DNA of 27,986 bases. It comes from a virus (Duplodnaviria > Caudoviricetes). The stretch covers positions 1 through 27,986 of the IMG/VR virus record IMGVR_UViG_3300008255_000388; one strand, 5' to 3'. The position numbers were made by a program, and so were the translations under genes. Shown here in pieces: positions 1 through 8,105 of this stretch (positions are counted from its first letter, which is position 1; every line of letters begins with the position of its first letter). The notes beneath the pieces are model-generated. The model was not told where the DNA came from and did no database searches. It saw nothing but the letters and a program-made list of their open reading frames with translations.

Positions 1-1865
1 ATTTGTGGGTCAACTTCGGGGTCGAATGATTCAAGAATCTTTGTTTTGTTTGATAAAGCAGTTTTCTTGATAATTTCTTTCAGTAAAATTTTGATACTTG
101 GTAGTGCAGATTCTCCAATTTGAGAAATGGCGTTCACAATATCAATCAAGTTCGTTCGTTCTTCATCAAGTCCGCTTTGCCCTATTGGTTGTACCGTTGT
201 CGTAACATCATACTTGCCAACGCTTAAATCGTTTTGAATTTCGTTTATTTTAGCGTTTACTGTCATAAACTCAACATCGTCTACATCTGTTGTAACTCGG
301 ATAATTCTTTCTTGCGTCATTAACGTTTGTATGAAAAAAATATTATTCTTAGTTATCTGTTTAACTACCCATTGAGCATTATCGTTTAATCCTTCTTGTG
401 TTGTGTTGCTTTGATTAACTCTGGCATTAAACAGTTTACCGCTCTCTGCACTACTTTCAGAAATACCTCTTGCGTTATCTGTTGAACTAGAAACGAATTT
501 AACTGTATCAAGTTGTCTATCTTGGAATTGTGCGATAGCTGGTGACATTGTAGGCATTGCTTTTGGTAATATCTTATTCAAAGTACCATTTGGCACGTAA
601 GTGATTCCGCCTATCTCGTTTGATTTCAGATTCTCAATACCTTTTACCTTTGCTTTTTCTTCAACTATGTAACCGCCATGCGTCGATTTCATCAGCAAAG
701 TCAAGTTCGTATTATCTCTCATATTCCAAGATTTAATTAAATCTTTGATGTCGTCAACTACGCATTGACTATCAATCAGTTTCGGAGAGTAATCATAACC
801 TAATAGCGGAGTAAACTTAAAATTACCGTTTTGGAGTTGCTGTGGTGCTTCATAGAGTTTCAAGTTAAGTGCTGGACAAATAGAAGTTTGATAAATTACG
901 CTCTTAAATCCTTCTTCTGTAAATGGTCCGGTTAATGTCCCTTCCATTCCTTCAACTGGTAAAGAATTTTTCTTTATTTCTGCAGCTAATTTTTCTTTGC
1001 TATACCAATCACGGTCTTGTTCTTTCCCTTTAATTTTAATCTTTTCAGTAATATCAAAACTTTCTCTTGTAACTCGGTTGTAAAGAGTCATCGTTCTTTC
1101 TCGTCTTCTCTCATACCAATCAATTACAAGATATTTCCCTTTTTCTTCCCATTTTGAATGTCGTAAGTTCGAGCTTGTTGTAAACAGACTCTTTGCAGCA
1201 TCGTTTATCTTGTCAACCCAAGTGCGTTTTTCCTCACCTTCATTATCTTTGATTCTCTCTCTTAACAAATCCTCTAATTCGGGGTCATTGTGTGCGTAGA
1301 TGGCAATTAAATCATCGTCTGATAGATATGCTTCATCCGACATATATTTACAATCCGACATATCCCTTCGCTCTGTATTTGGGTCAAATTTTAGTTTGCC
1401 AGTGTAGTATTTAATCTCAACCATACCTTGCTCATCATCTGCGAATGAAAAGTCTTGTCTAATCCAACCAATCCTTCCTATCATGGAATTAAGCAACGAT
1501 TTTGACATTTCGTATCTCGTGTCGTTCTTTTGATGGAGGATATAATCGTTCATCGCTTTGAATAGCGATGCTTTCTCGTGATCGTCTGGGGTTACCCCCA
1601 AAAAATCGATTCCGGGGAACTTGTTCTTGAAGCTTCCGTAAATCTGTGCAAGAATTGGACGATATAACCTAGTTTCAAACGCTGGTCGTCTTTCTTTAGC
1701 AAGTTTAGCTTTGTTGTTCGCACCTAGAATGTCACCTTTAATGAACTCTTGATTGTCCTCAACTTCTAAGAAAAAATCCTTAAAATCATCGTCTAATTGA
1801 TTGTTTGCTGTAACTATTCGTGCAATAGTTCTTTCGTCTGTGTGTTCTTCTTTAGTCATAATCAT
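1..1865 (-). CDS. Phage portal protein, P22-like (3' end runs off the window)
   Basis: Not in the ORF track because it is open at the edge. ATG at 1865 (alternative 1859) just after the terL stop; reads MIMTKEEHTDERTIARIVTANNQLDDDFKDF...KERRPAFETRLYRPILAQIYG...; later GIGWIR and GKYDVTTTV segments resemble P22-type portals; canonical position after terL. Confidence 0.85.
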   Translation of the reverse strand, partial: MIMTKEEHTDERTIARIVTANNQLDDDFKDFFLEVEDNQEFIKGDILGANNKAKLAKERRPAFETRLYRPILAQIYGSFKNKFPGIDFLGVTPDDHEKASLFKAMNDYILHQKNDTRYEMSKSLLNSMIGRIGWIRQDFSFADDEQGMVEIKYYTGKLKFDPNTERRDMSDCKYMSDEAYLSDDDLIAIYAHNDPELEDLLRERIKDNEGEEKRTWVDKINDAAKSLFTTSSNLRHSKWEEKGKYLVIDWYERRRERTMTLYNRVTRESFDITEKIKIKGKEQDRDWYSKEKLAAEIKKNSLPVEGMEGTLTGPFTEEGFKSVIYQTSICPALNLKLYEAPQQLQNGNFKFTPLLGYDYSPKLIDSQCVVDDIKDLIKSWNMRDNTNLTLLMKSTHGGYIVEEKAKVKGIENLKSNEIGGITYVPNGTLNKILPKAMPTMSPAIAQFQDRQLDTVKFVSSSTDNARGISESSAESGKLFNARVNQSNTTQEGLNDNAQWVVKQITKNNIFFIQTLMTQERIIRVTTDVDDVEFMTVNAKINEIQNDLSVGKYDVTTTVQPIGQSGLDEERTNLIDIVNAISQIGESALPSIKILLKEIIKKTALSNKTKILESFDPEVDPQ

Positions 1866-1870
1866 ATTTT

Positions 1871-3547
1871 CTATACTCCCATAACCGAATAGTTATCTTC
1901 TAATTCTTCTGACATTTCTTTTTCATACCATGCTGGTAGTTTGCTTTTTTCTGATTCCTGATAATTTGGTAGCCATAACGAGCAATTAAGCATTAAGGCT
2001 TCTGCAATTACTCTATCATCAAATGTTTTTGTTGCTGGGTCTGAAAGTTTATTCTGTGCTGACATTTGCCCTTTAGCATTTCTTACAAAGGTTAAGCATT
2101 CACCCCAAAACTCTTGCTCTCTATCTATAAACAACCCGTCTCTAATCCACTCGTTAAGTTGATTTATAATGAATGGTTTTGTTTTCTTGTTAGTTATAAA
2201 GCCCAAATCGTGCATTTCTGTTTTTTCTATACCATCGTTAAAATCTTCACGATACTTTATGTTAAGTCCAAGTTCATTCCCTTTCATAATTACAGCGAGA
2301 CCATTATTATTCTTTTCAATCTCGAACCAAATGTCGCCTTTCAAGTACCTTTGTATTTTCATTAGCTCTTGTGCAAATATGTCAACATCTGCGTGTCCGT
2401 GCCACGTTAGAACCACTTCATCCGTCCTTCTGTCTAGGACTTTACAAACAGAATAATCCCCTTGCTCTAATCCTTCTGCAACATCAACTCCAGCTGCAAA
2501 AGTATAGCTTTCATATTCACTAGGCTTTTTAACTCTAAACAATCTTAAATAACCTTTTGGGTTAAGCACGAATTTAATTTTATCTTCAATTTCTACAAGA
2601 TCGCCAGTCAAACCGTTTTCGCTACTCTCATAATTAGTGAAACATATTTGTGTGTTAAAAACTGGTCGTCCCGTTGTTGTAAATGCTTCTTTAGGATTGG
2701 AAGGATATTCTTGTTTCATCTTGTCTTCATCCCCACCTAATTTATTTTTAAGCGTGAATCTGTACCAGTTCATTTGCTCTAATGTTAAGTTATGAGCCTT
2801 AATCAAAGTTTTTTCATAATCGTTTGGCTTGAACTTTGCTTTTTCTTCTTCGCTTTCAAAAGGTCTTGTGTATTCATCTAAGTTAAACCACGCCAAAAAT
2901 ATCGGGGTATAATCGTTTTCGCCTTTAACTGCTGCTTCCCACATATCGTAGAAATAACCACCGATTCCATTTGCTGTGCTTTCAATAACCGACATCGTGT
3001 TTGGTTCGTCTGGAATTGTTTGCAGTAACCCCGTCATCGTAGTTTTTGCGTCTCTCCAGAAAGCGACCTCTGTCGCATGTAGGTCTTGGATTGTTGCAGA
3101 ACGTCCAGCTTCTCCACTTTCTGCTGTGTAAACAACTATTTCGCTGTCTAGCCTTTTATAGCTCAATTTCTTTTCGTTTGAATGTTTTGTTTCTGGCTGC
3201 AATTCCGGTGGTAAGTATTTGTAAAATCTCTTGAACATATCGAATAAGTTGTCTGATGCTTCCTTAATGTGCCCAATAATTATTGCTTTTCTATTCTTAG
3301 AATAGGAATTTCTTTGAAAGATAATAGCTTCAAAGATCGTAGAAATTCCTTCTTGCCTTGCTTTGAGAATGATAATTCTTATTGGTTTACCAGATTCTTT
3401 CAACTGCAAATAAACTATGTAAACTTTCTCCTGTGCAGCATTAAGTATTAACGATACAATGTTGCCTTTCTTATCTTTGATTTTAAGCAGCTTAGTTGAA
3501 ATAAACCTAAAATCATTTCTGATTTTATTTACTATCTGTTCAATCAT
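1871..3547 (-). CDS. terL: Terminase large subunit
   Basis: Walker A LKARQEGIST, Walker B LHATEVAFW, coupling motif ESTANG, RNase H-like nuclease motifs GVDVAEG...DYS and DDRVIA. Confidence 0.95.
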   Translation of the reverse strand: MIEQIVNKIRNDFRFISTKLLKIKDKKGNIVSLILNAAQEKVYIVYLQLKESGKPIRIIILKARQEGISTIFEAIIFQRNSYSKNRKAIIIGHIKEASDNLFDMFKRFYKYLPPELQPETKHSNEKKLSYKRLDSEIVVYTAESGEAGRSATIQDLHATEVAFWRDAKTTMTGLLQTIPDEPNTMSVIESTANGIGGYFYDMWEAAVKGENDYTPIFLAWFNLDEYTRPFESEEEKAKFKPNDYEKTLIKAHNLTLEQMNWYRFTLKNKLGGDEDKMKQEYPSNPKEAFTTTGRPVFNTQICFTNYESSENGLTGDLVEIEDKIKFVLNPKGYLRLFRVKKPSEYESYTFAAGVDVAEGLEQGDYSVCKVLDRRTDEVVLTWHGHADVDIFAQELMKIQRYLKGDIWFEIEKNNNGLAVIMKGNELGLNIKYREDFNDGIEKTEMHDLGFITNKKTKPFIINQLNEWIRDGLFIDREQEFWGECLTFVRNAKGQMSAQNKLSDPATKTFDDRVIAEALMLNCSLWLPNYQESEKSKLPAWYEKEMSEELEDNYSVMGV

Positions 3548-4043
3548 CCAATTCCTCTAGGACATCGTCAATGTTCCTAACAGTAATTTCTTTCTTGTCA
3601 ACAAATAGTCCTAAATGTCTGCCTATATCAACAACGCTTCCTTTTTTGTCAACTAGCTTTAACTTAATACCGTCTTTTGTTCCTTGAATCTCTTGAATGC
3701 AGCTTGTAATTTCCCGAGGAAGGAGACTCAAATCTTTTAATGACATCGAATTTTCTGTGAACTTGAAGTAATCTAAAACATTTGAATCGGCAAAACGTTG
3801 TAATCTTTCTAAAACATATTCTTGACTTAGCCCTATTCGTTTCAGTAAGCCACCCTGTATTTCTGCTATTCGTTTAATTACCTTTGGATTGTTAGATAAT
3901 CTGTGGACTGTAACGTCAAGGACGCCTGGTCTCTTGCTAGAAAAGCCAGCTTTTTTGGCAGACTCAGACTTGTCCAGCGTTTCAACGAAATACTGGCAAT
4001 AAAGCTCTTGTTTGTCGGTTAATCTATCACTTTTCTTTTCCAT
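3540..4043 (-). CDS. terS: Terminase small subunit
   Basis: LTDKQELYCQYF...SAKKAGFS N-terminal HTH and KLKLVDKKGS..DIGRHLGLF C-terminal motif; overlaps terL start; ATG at 4043 preferred over TTG at 4061. Confidence 0.9.
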   Translation of the reverse strand: MEKKSDRLTDKQELYCQYFVETLDKSESAKKAGFSSKRPGVLDVTVHRLSNNPKVIKRIAEIQGGLLKRIGLSQEYVLERLQRFADSNVLDYFKFTENSMSLKDLSLLPREITSCIQEIQGTKDGIKLKLVDKKGSVVDIGRHLGLFVDKKEITVRNIDDVLEELDD

Positions 4044-4073
4044 AACGTAACTATACAACAAATAGCTATACCA

Positions 4074-4095
4074 TTTACGTCATTTTTACGTCATT
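4074..4095. repeat. Tandem 11-bp direct repeat TTTACGTCATT x2 upstream of terS
   Basis: Copies at 4074-4084 and 4085-4095. Confidence 0.8.
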
Positions 4096-4318
4096 TTTTA
4101 GACAATACTTTTCCATAAGCATCAGCATCAACTTGCCTTGCTCTCTTTTTTGCTTCACTCCCCTTTTTAAGCTCTAGTTCTGCTCTTTCTATAAACTTAA
4201 GTGTATCTAAATCAATGCAGCGAATAGCTTCATTAACAATTTTGCTTGGGGATTTGCCAGTCGCTTGGCTTGCTTTTAGTATTTCGTCTTCAAGTTCAAC
4301 ATAAATTACTATTCTCAA
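4091..4318 (-). CDS. Ribbon-helix-helix (CopG/Arc-like) DNA-binding protein
   Basis: MRIVIYVELEDEILKASQATGKSPSKIVNEAI fits a beta-alpha-alpha RHH pattern; AAGGAG SD before the TTG start. Confidence 0.65.
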   Translation of the reverse strand: MRIVIYVELEDEILKASQATGKSPSKIVNEAIRCIDLDTLKFIERAELELKKGSEAKKRARQVDADAYGKVLSKK

Positions 4319-4465
4319 ATTATTTCTCCTTTCCCATTTTTTAGCTTTTTTAATTAAATTTAATTTCTCTCATTTTATTTATTAAATTATTTTTGTTCTT
4401 TAGCGTATTATTCAACCAGTTGCACAATATTAACCATTATTAAGTAATTATCAAAGCATTCTCAT

Positions 4466-4483
4466 TTGGCTAATATTAGCCAA
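4466..4483. promoter_or_regulatory. Perfect 18-bp palindrome TTGGCTAATATTAGCCAA, putative operator
   Basis: Self-complementary sequence in a divergent intergenic region. Confidence 0.55.
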
Positions 4484-4527
4484 GTGGAGTCACTTTTCAT
4501 TTTTTTTTATTTATTTTCATTTTTTAC

Positions 4528-4560
4528 TTGACAAAGACTCGTAAAGTCAGTAAATTTACT
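4528..4560 (+). promoter_or_regulatory. Sigma70-type promoter with overlapping palindromes
   Basis: TTGACA(4528-4533)-17 nt-TAAATT(4551-4556), AT-rich upstream element, palindrome AGTAAATTTACT (4549-4560) over the -10. Confidence 0.75.
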
Positions 4561-4603
4561 ATAGAAATTTTAATTAACTTTTTAACAAAAAATGGAGAAC
4601 AAA

Positions 4604-4912
4604 ATGAAAAATTTAAGTCATTATGAAGACCTAGTAAACACATTTGAGTATTTGAAATATAATTACGAAAATGAGGTGATAACTAAAAAAGAGTTAAACG
4701 AAATTGATTACACCGAGAGTGTAATCATAATAGACCGCGGAGAGAGCGGCGATGGTGAAAAAAATAGAAAGCACATAAACTGGTACACAGCTTATTTGGT
4801 AAAAGAAAGCTATAATCAGGATGGCAATGAACCAGAGCCAGAAATGATTGAAACCCAATTTGATTTTTATTTTGGGGGTGATGAGGGGGAAGAAGATGAA
4901 ATACACAATTAA
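4604..4912 (+). CDS. Small highly acidic hypothetical protein (102 aa), candidate anti-defence protein
   Basis: GGAG SD at 4594-4597 before ATG 4604; 26 D/E versus 9 K/R by manual count. Confidence 0.75.
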   Translation: MKNLSHYEDLVNTFEYLKYNYENEVITKKELNEIDYTESVIIIDRGESGDGEKNRKHINWYTAYLVKESYNQDGNEPEPEMIETQFDFYFGGDEGEEDEIHN

Positions 4913-5255
4913 CTTTAATAATAACTCGGTTGAGCAAGACTTGACCGAGTTCTCACTCGAGGATAGAGCGGAACTTTTTGAAGGCGATGCTCCCGAATCC
5001 TCGATTATGGAATTTGAGGATATTTACGAAACAATAGCCTCAATTCTGCCAAACGAGTTCTTTGAACATAATGCGTTTAAGAAGCTCGAAGCAATATTCT
5101 TGCTAATGCGTTTGCCAGAAGACGCTTGGTTACCAATTTCGGTGTACCAACATCGCAATAACATAACGCGGCAAGGCGTTTACTATCGCCAAAAACTCGG
5201 AACGGTTGAAATGTTAACCGAAAAAGGCAGAACATTTGTACGTGATGTTGAATAA
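4896..5255 (+). CDS. Acidic N-terminal domain plus C-terminal HTH-like protein (119 aa)
   Basis: GAGGGGG SD before ATG 4896; C-terminus ISVYQHRNNITRQGVYYRQKLGTVEMLTEKGRTFVRD resembles a MerR/HTH_17-type winged HTH. Confidence 0.7.
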   Translation: MKYTINFNNNSVEQDLTEFSLEDRAELFEGDAPESSIMEFEDIYETIASILPNEFFEHNAFKKLEAIFLLMRLPEDAWLPISVYQHRNNITRQGVYYRQKLGTVEMLTEKGRTFVRDVE

Positions 5256-5266
5256 TTACGCTAAAC

Positions 5267-5310
5267 GAAGCAATTAAAAAAGCTGCTCAGCTAAGTAGCT
5301 TTTTTGCTTC
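5267..5310. terminator. Bidirectional intrinsic terminator
   Basis: A-tract, AGCTGCT-loop-AGTAGCT stem, T-tract; outer GAAGCAA/TTGCTTC pairing; lies between convergent units. Confidence 0.75.
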
Positions 5311-5592
5311 CGAACAAAATTTCAAAGAACCTTTAAATTATTGCCATAAATCGTTTCTAAGCTACCTAAAACCCCTCGGCCATATTAATCCACCTATTTC
5401 TTGTTTTTTTGGTTCTGGTGGGAGCTGGTGAAGAATTTAGGCATACTCTTAGCATACCCTCAACTATTATAATTCAAAACTATTGACCTATCGCGTAAAT
5501 ACCTTTTAATTTCGTCTTGCGTGACTGGCGGTGGGATATGCCTTGCCCTTGGCTCTGGTTTAACTTTTTTACACATTTTATAATGTTGGTTC

Positions 5593-5605
5593 TAACTTAT
5601 TGATT
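5593..5605 (-). promoter_or_regulatory. IHF-binding consensus site
   Basis: Minus strand AATCAATAAGTTA matches WATCAANNNNTTR. Confidence 0.55.
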
Positions 5606-5628
5606 TGATTATGGAAGTGGAATACTAG

Positions 5629-5685
5629 TCGATTGACGTAATTTACGACAATCGATTGACGTAATTTACGACAATCGATTGTCGT
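5629..5685. repeat. Tandem 23-bp quasi-palindromic repeat (about 2.4 copies)
   Basis: TCGATTGACGTAATTTACGACAA at 5629 and 5652 plus a partial third copy; perfect palindrome ACGACAATCGATTGTCGT at 5668-5685. Confidence 0.9.
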
Positions 5686-5686
5686 T

Positions 5687-5860
5687 TTAAAGTTTAAAAT
5701 CTTCTTTGATTTGGGTTTTAGAAGTAAATCCGTTCATGTACCTGTAAATCGTAACGGAAGCTATCCTATACTTTTCAGCTACCAATTTTGTATTCCCTCC
5801 CTGTCTAACTTCTCTAAGTGCTTTTTCCATTTTTTCTGTGTTTATCGCTTTTCTTCCCAT
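5687..5860 (-). CDS. Standalone Hin/resolvase-type HTH protein (57 aa; below the ORF-track cutoff)
   Basis: Manual translation MGRKAINTEKMEKALREVRQGGNTKLVAEKYRIASVTIYRYMNGFTSKTQIKEDFKL; GRK arm and VA..Y.I...TIYRY recognition helix; AAGGGG SD. Confidence 0.75.
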   Translation of the reverse strand: MGRKAINTEKMEKALREVRQGGNTKLVAEKYRIASVTIYRYMNGFTSKTQIKEDFKL

Positions 5861-5870
5861 TTATAACCCC

Positions 5871-5900
5871 TTCTTAGCAATTCTTAGCAATTCTTAGCAT
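5871..5900. repeat. Tandem 10-bp repeat TTCTTAGCA(A/T) x3
   Basis: Copies at 5871, 5881 and 5891, intergenic. Confidence 0.85.
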
Positions 5901-5905
5901 ACTTT

Positions 5906-6559
5906 TTATTTTATCCAATTGCTTTTGTTAAATTGTTTTAACCTTTCTTCTTGTTCTTTTTTTGTATATTTTCCCCTTTCAACTGGTTTTGGTGGCCCAA
6001 TATTATTTTTTATTTCTTTCGCAATGGAATAAATATTAGCAGTTTTATTTTCTTCGGCAACAGTTCTTGGCTTAACTGGAGTAACTATCTTTTTATTTTC
6101 CCATAGCTTAATTTTGTATTTCACTACATCTTCTTCCAAAGCCCATCTTGGCTTGTCTAAACCTATGTCGATAGATTTTAGGCTACTCATACCGAAGACA
6201 CAAGCCTCGTTATATGTAAAAATCTTGATTTTCTTGTCAAATTGAATGAAATTAGCAATATTTGGCAGTTTGTCCCAGCCCACATAGGTATCGATAACGT
6301 TGTTAACGGAGTCTATCATCCGTTGATCAGTGAAATTATTAGCAGCAAACCTATCTTTTAGAACTAAAATCATTTCTTTTGGGAATTTAGGGAATGTTAG
6401 TTTTATCCTATCGGTTTGTATAGTCAAACATTCAGTTGTCAAATCGCCTTTATGGTAAATACTCATTTCACTATTTGTATCTTGGGTCGTTGGCAAATTC
6501 TTCTGATAACTCTCTAAGTTCTGCTGTTGTAAAGCTATTGCTATTTCGTTTCGTTCCAT
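5906..6559 (-). CDS. Hypothetical protein downstream of the replication initiator (possible helicase-loader position)
   Basis: 217-aa ORF with AGGCGG SD; position equivalent to lambda P; no motif recognised. Confidence 0.65.
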   Translation of the reverse strand: MERNEIAIALQQQNLESYQKNLPTTQDTNSEMSIYHKGDLTTECLTIQTDRIKLTFPKFPKEMILVLKDRFAANNFTDQRMIDSVNNVIDTYVGWDKLPNIANFIQFDKKIKIFTYNEACVFGMSSLKSIDIGLDKPRWALEEDVVKYKIKLWENKKIVTPVKPRTVAEENKTANIYSIAKEIKNNIGPPKPVERGKYTKKEQEERLKQFNKSNWIK

Positions 6560-7355
6560 TTTTACCGCCTATTTTTATTCTAATTTCATTTATTTTTGAA
6601 TTTATGATTGGGAGAGTCATATTATCCCAAAACCACTTGTCCTCTATATCCAAACATTTCTGGAAGAACCCTCTGAAATCTTTTAACGTTTCTTCTGAAT
6701 TGCTGCCGTCTTTTTTGTAGAAACTAAGTAGCTTCCCAACTGCACTTCTATCTACTCCATTTGAGCGATATTCGATACCTCGATTAGTTAAATATTCATC
6801 CTTAAAAACATCAATTATTTCATCAATAAAATCCAATTTTTTTGGGGGCACAAAACTTGGTTTTGTGAGTTTCTTTAAAAGTTTCTTTTGTAAAGTTTCT
6901 TTCTTTCTTTTGTATATGTCTTTTTCGACAGTAGTTTTACTGTCTTTTTCGACAGTAGTCCCCGTTTTTTTCGACAGTAGTTTACTGTCTTTTTCGACAG
7001 TAGTTGTTCCCTCTATACTACTGTCTTTTTCGACAGTAGTCCACATGTCAAAATCTTTGTTAAAAGAGACAAAATTTGTAGTCCCTTTCCTATCATTTTT
7101 AGTCACTATTATTTTCTTTTTGACAACAGAAACCAAAACTCTTGCAGCTCTATCTTGGCTAATATTTAATGCTTCCGCTATCTGTGATAATGAAATAAAA
7201 TCACCTTTATGTTTCCCTACGAACCCATAGGTTTTCCTAAACACAAATAGTATTAGCTGTAATTCTTGACCCGAAAGTTTTATCTTTACTAACTCCATAA
7301 GAATCTCATTAGCGAACCTTGTATAATTGCCATCATCAATTTGAGTATTAGCCAT
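6471..7355 (-). CDS. Phage replication initiator, lambda O-like
   Basis: N-terminus GNYTRFANEILMEL...RKTYGF...ISLSQIAE is typical of Phage_rep_O; internal iteron array encodes repeated TTVEKD. Confidence 0.85.
   Translation of the reverse strand: MANTQIDDGNYTRFANEILMELVKIKLSGQELQLILFVFRKTYGFVGKHKGDFISLSQIAEALNISQDRAARVLVSVVKKKIIVTKNDRKGTTNFVSFNKDFDMWTTVEKDSSIEGTTTVEKDSKLLSKKTGTTVEKDSKTTVEKDIYKRKKETLQKKLLKKLTKPSFVPPKKLDFIDEIIDVFKDEYLTNRGIEYRSNGVDRSAVGKLLSFYKKDGSNSEETLKDFRGFFQKCLDIEDKWFWDNMTLPIINSKINEIRIKIGGKNGTKRNSNSFTTAELRELSEEFANDPRYK
6917..7040. repeat. Replication origin iterons (5 x TTTTTCGACAGTAGT)
   Basis: Copies at about 6921, 6945, 6967, 6990 and 7026 inside the initiator gene, next to an AT-rich tract. 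Confidence 0.85.
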
Positions 7356-7548
7356 TCTCTCTCCTGCTCTCGGTTAATTCTCTAGCCAATCTTTCTGCCT
7401 TGAATCTGGCTAAGTTCCCGTCATATTCCATTATCGCAGCACGTTCCTCATATTCCATAACTTCATCATCTGTGGAATTTTTAAGTCTTGGGTAAAGCAT
7501 CCTTTGTTCGTTGCACCATTCACGTTCTGTTAGGTCTTGATTAGCCAT
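7348..7548 (-). CDS. Small conserved phage hypothetical protein (EERAAIMEYDG motif)
   Basis: 66-aa ORF in the operon; the motif recurs in phage replication modules. Confidence 0.7.
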   Translation of the reverse strand: MANQDLTEREWCNEQRMLYPRLKNSTDDEVMEYEERAAIMEYDGNLARFKAERLARELTESRRENG

Positions 7549-7551
7549 TTT

Positions 7552-7929
7552 TTAACCTTTCTCCGTAATTTGAATTGCTTGTTGTAAATCAGAAATGATA
7601 TGAACATCAATACCTTTTTGCCTTGCGAGCTCAATAAAATCCTTCTGGTTTTGGCTTAATTTGCCACCATTACCAGCTTTTATCTCGAAAAGCATACATT
7701 TGCCTTGCTTTAATGCAAGAACATCGGGGAAACCATTTGATTTGCCGTTATTCTCTATTCTGTAAGCACGTATGAAACGCTTTCCGTCAACAAATGCACC
7801 GGAATTTATTCTTACTACCAAATAACCACAAAGAACTAGATATTGCATCACTTGTTTCTGGACTTCACTTTCTTTTAACATGTTCGGCAATAATTCTGTT
7901 TGCTTGTATGTCCTAAATTTTGATTTCAT
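7552..7929 (-). CDS. VRR-NUC domain nuclease (Holliday junction resolvase-like)
   Basis: ESEVQKQV...GFPDVL...FEIKAG.GGKLSQNQ PD-(D/E)xK signature. Confidence 0.9.
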   Translation of the reverse strand: MKSKFRTYKQTELLPNMLKESEVQKQVMQYLVLCGYLVVRINSGAFVDGKRFIRAYRIENNGKSNGFPDVLALKQGKCMLFEIKAGNGGKLSQNQKDFIELARQKGIDVHIISDLQQAIQITEKG

Positions 7930-8087
7930 TATTTATCGTGCTCCCGATTCATAACTTGTTTGTTTATAATAGCTTCACCGTGCTCCCGAATAGTTTTGTT
8001 TAACTCCTCAAACATAGGGCATTTAATAATTTTAGTAGTCGCTAATTGCTTGCAACTGTGGCGACATTTTTCGCAAAGTTTATTCAT
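7929..8087 (-). CDS. Small Cys-rich protein (52 aa)
   Basis: Manual translation MNKLCEKCRHSCKQLATTKIIKCPMFEE...; TAATG overlap with the VRR-NUC start. Confidence 0.6.
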   Translation of the reverse strand: MNKLCEKCRHSCKQLATTKIIKCPMFEELNKTIREHGEAIINKQVMNREHDK

Positions 8088-8105
8088 TTATTTATTTTTA
8101 CCAAT

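Noticed and set aside
4368-4382. 15-mer TCTCATTTTATTTAT shared with the cI leader (14478-14492)
   Set aside because: Low-complexity AT-rich match, non-palindromic; chance cannot be excluded
5366-5576. Two tiny minus-strand ORFs (29 and 38 aa)
   Set aside because: No convincing SD or recognisable motif; the region is better explained as regulatory
5629-5685. Palindromic repeats as a mini-CRISPR array
   Set aside because: Repeats are directly tandem with no spacers, and there are no cas genes
6917-7040. Regularly spaced repeats as a CRISPR array
   Set aside because: Repeats are 15-20 bp with very short gaps, in frame inside an O-like gene; explained as iterons
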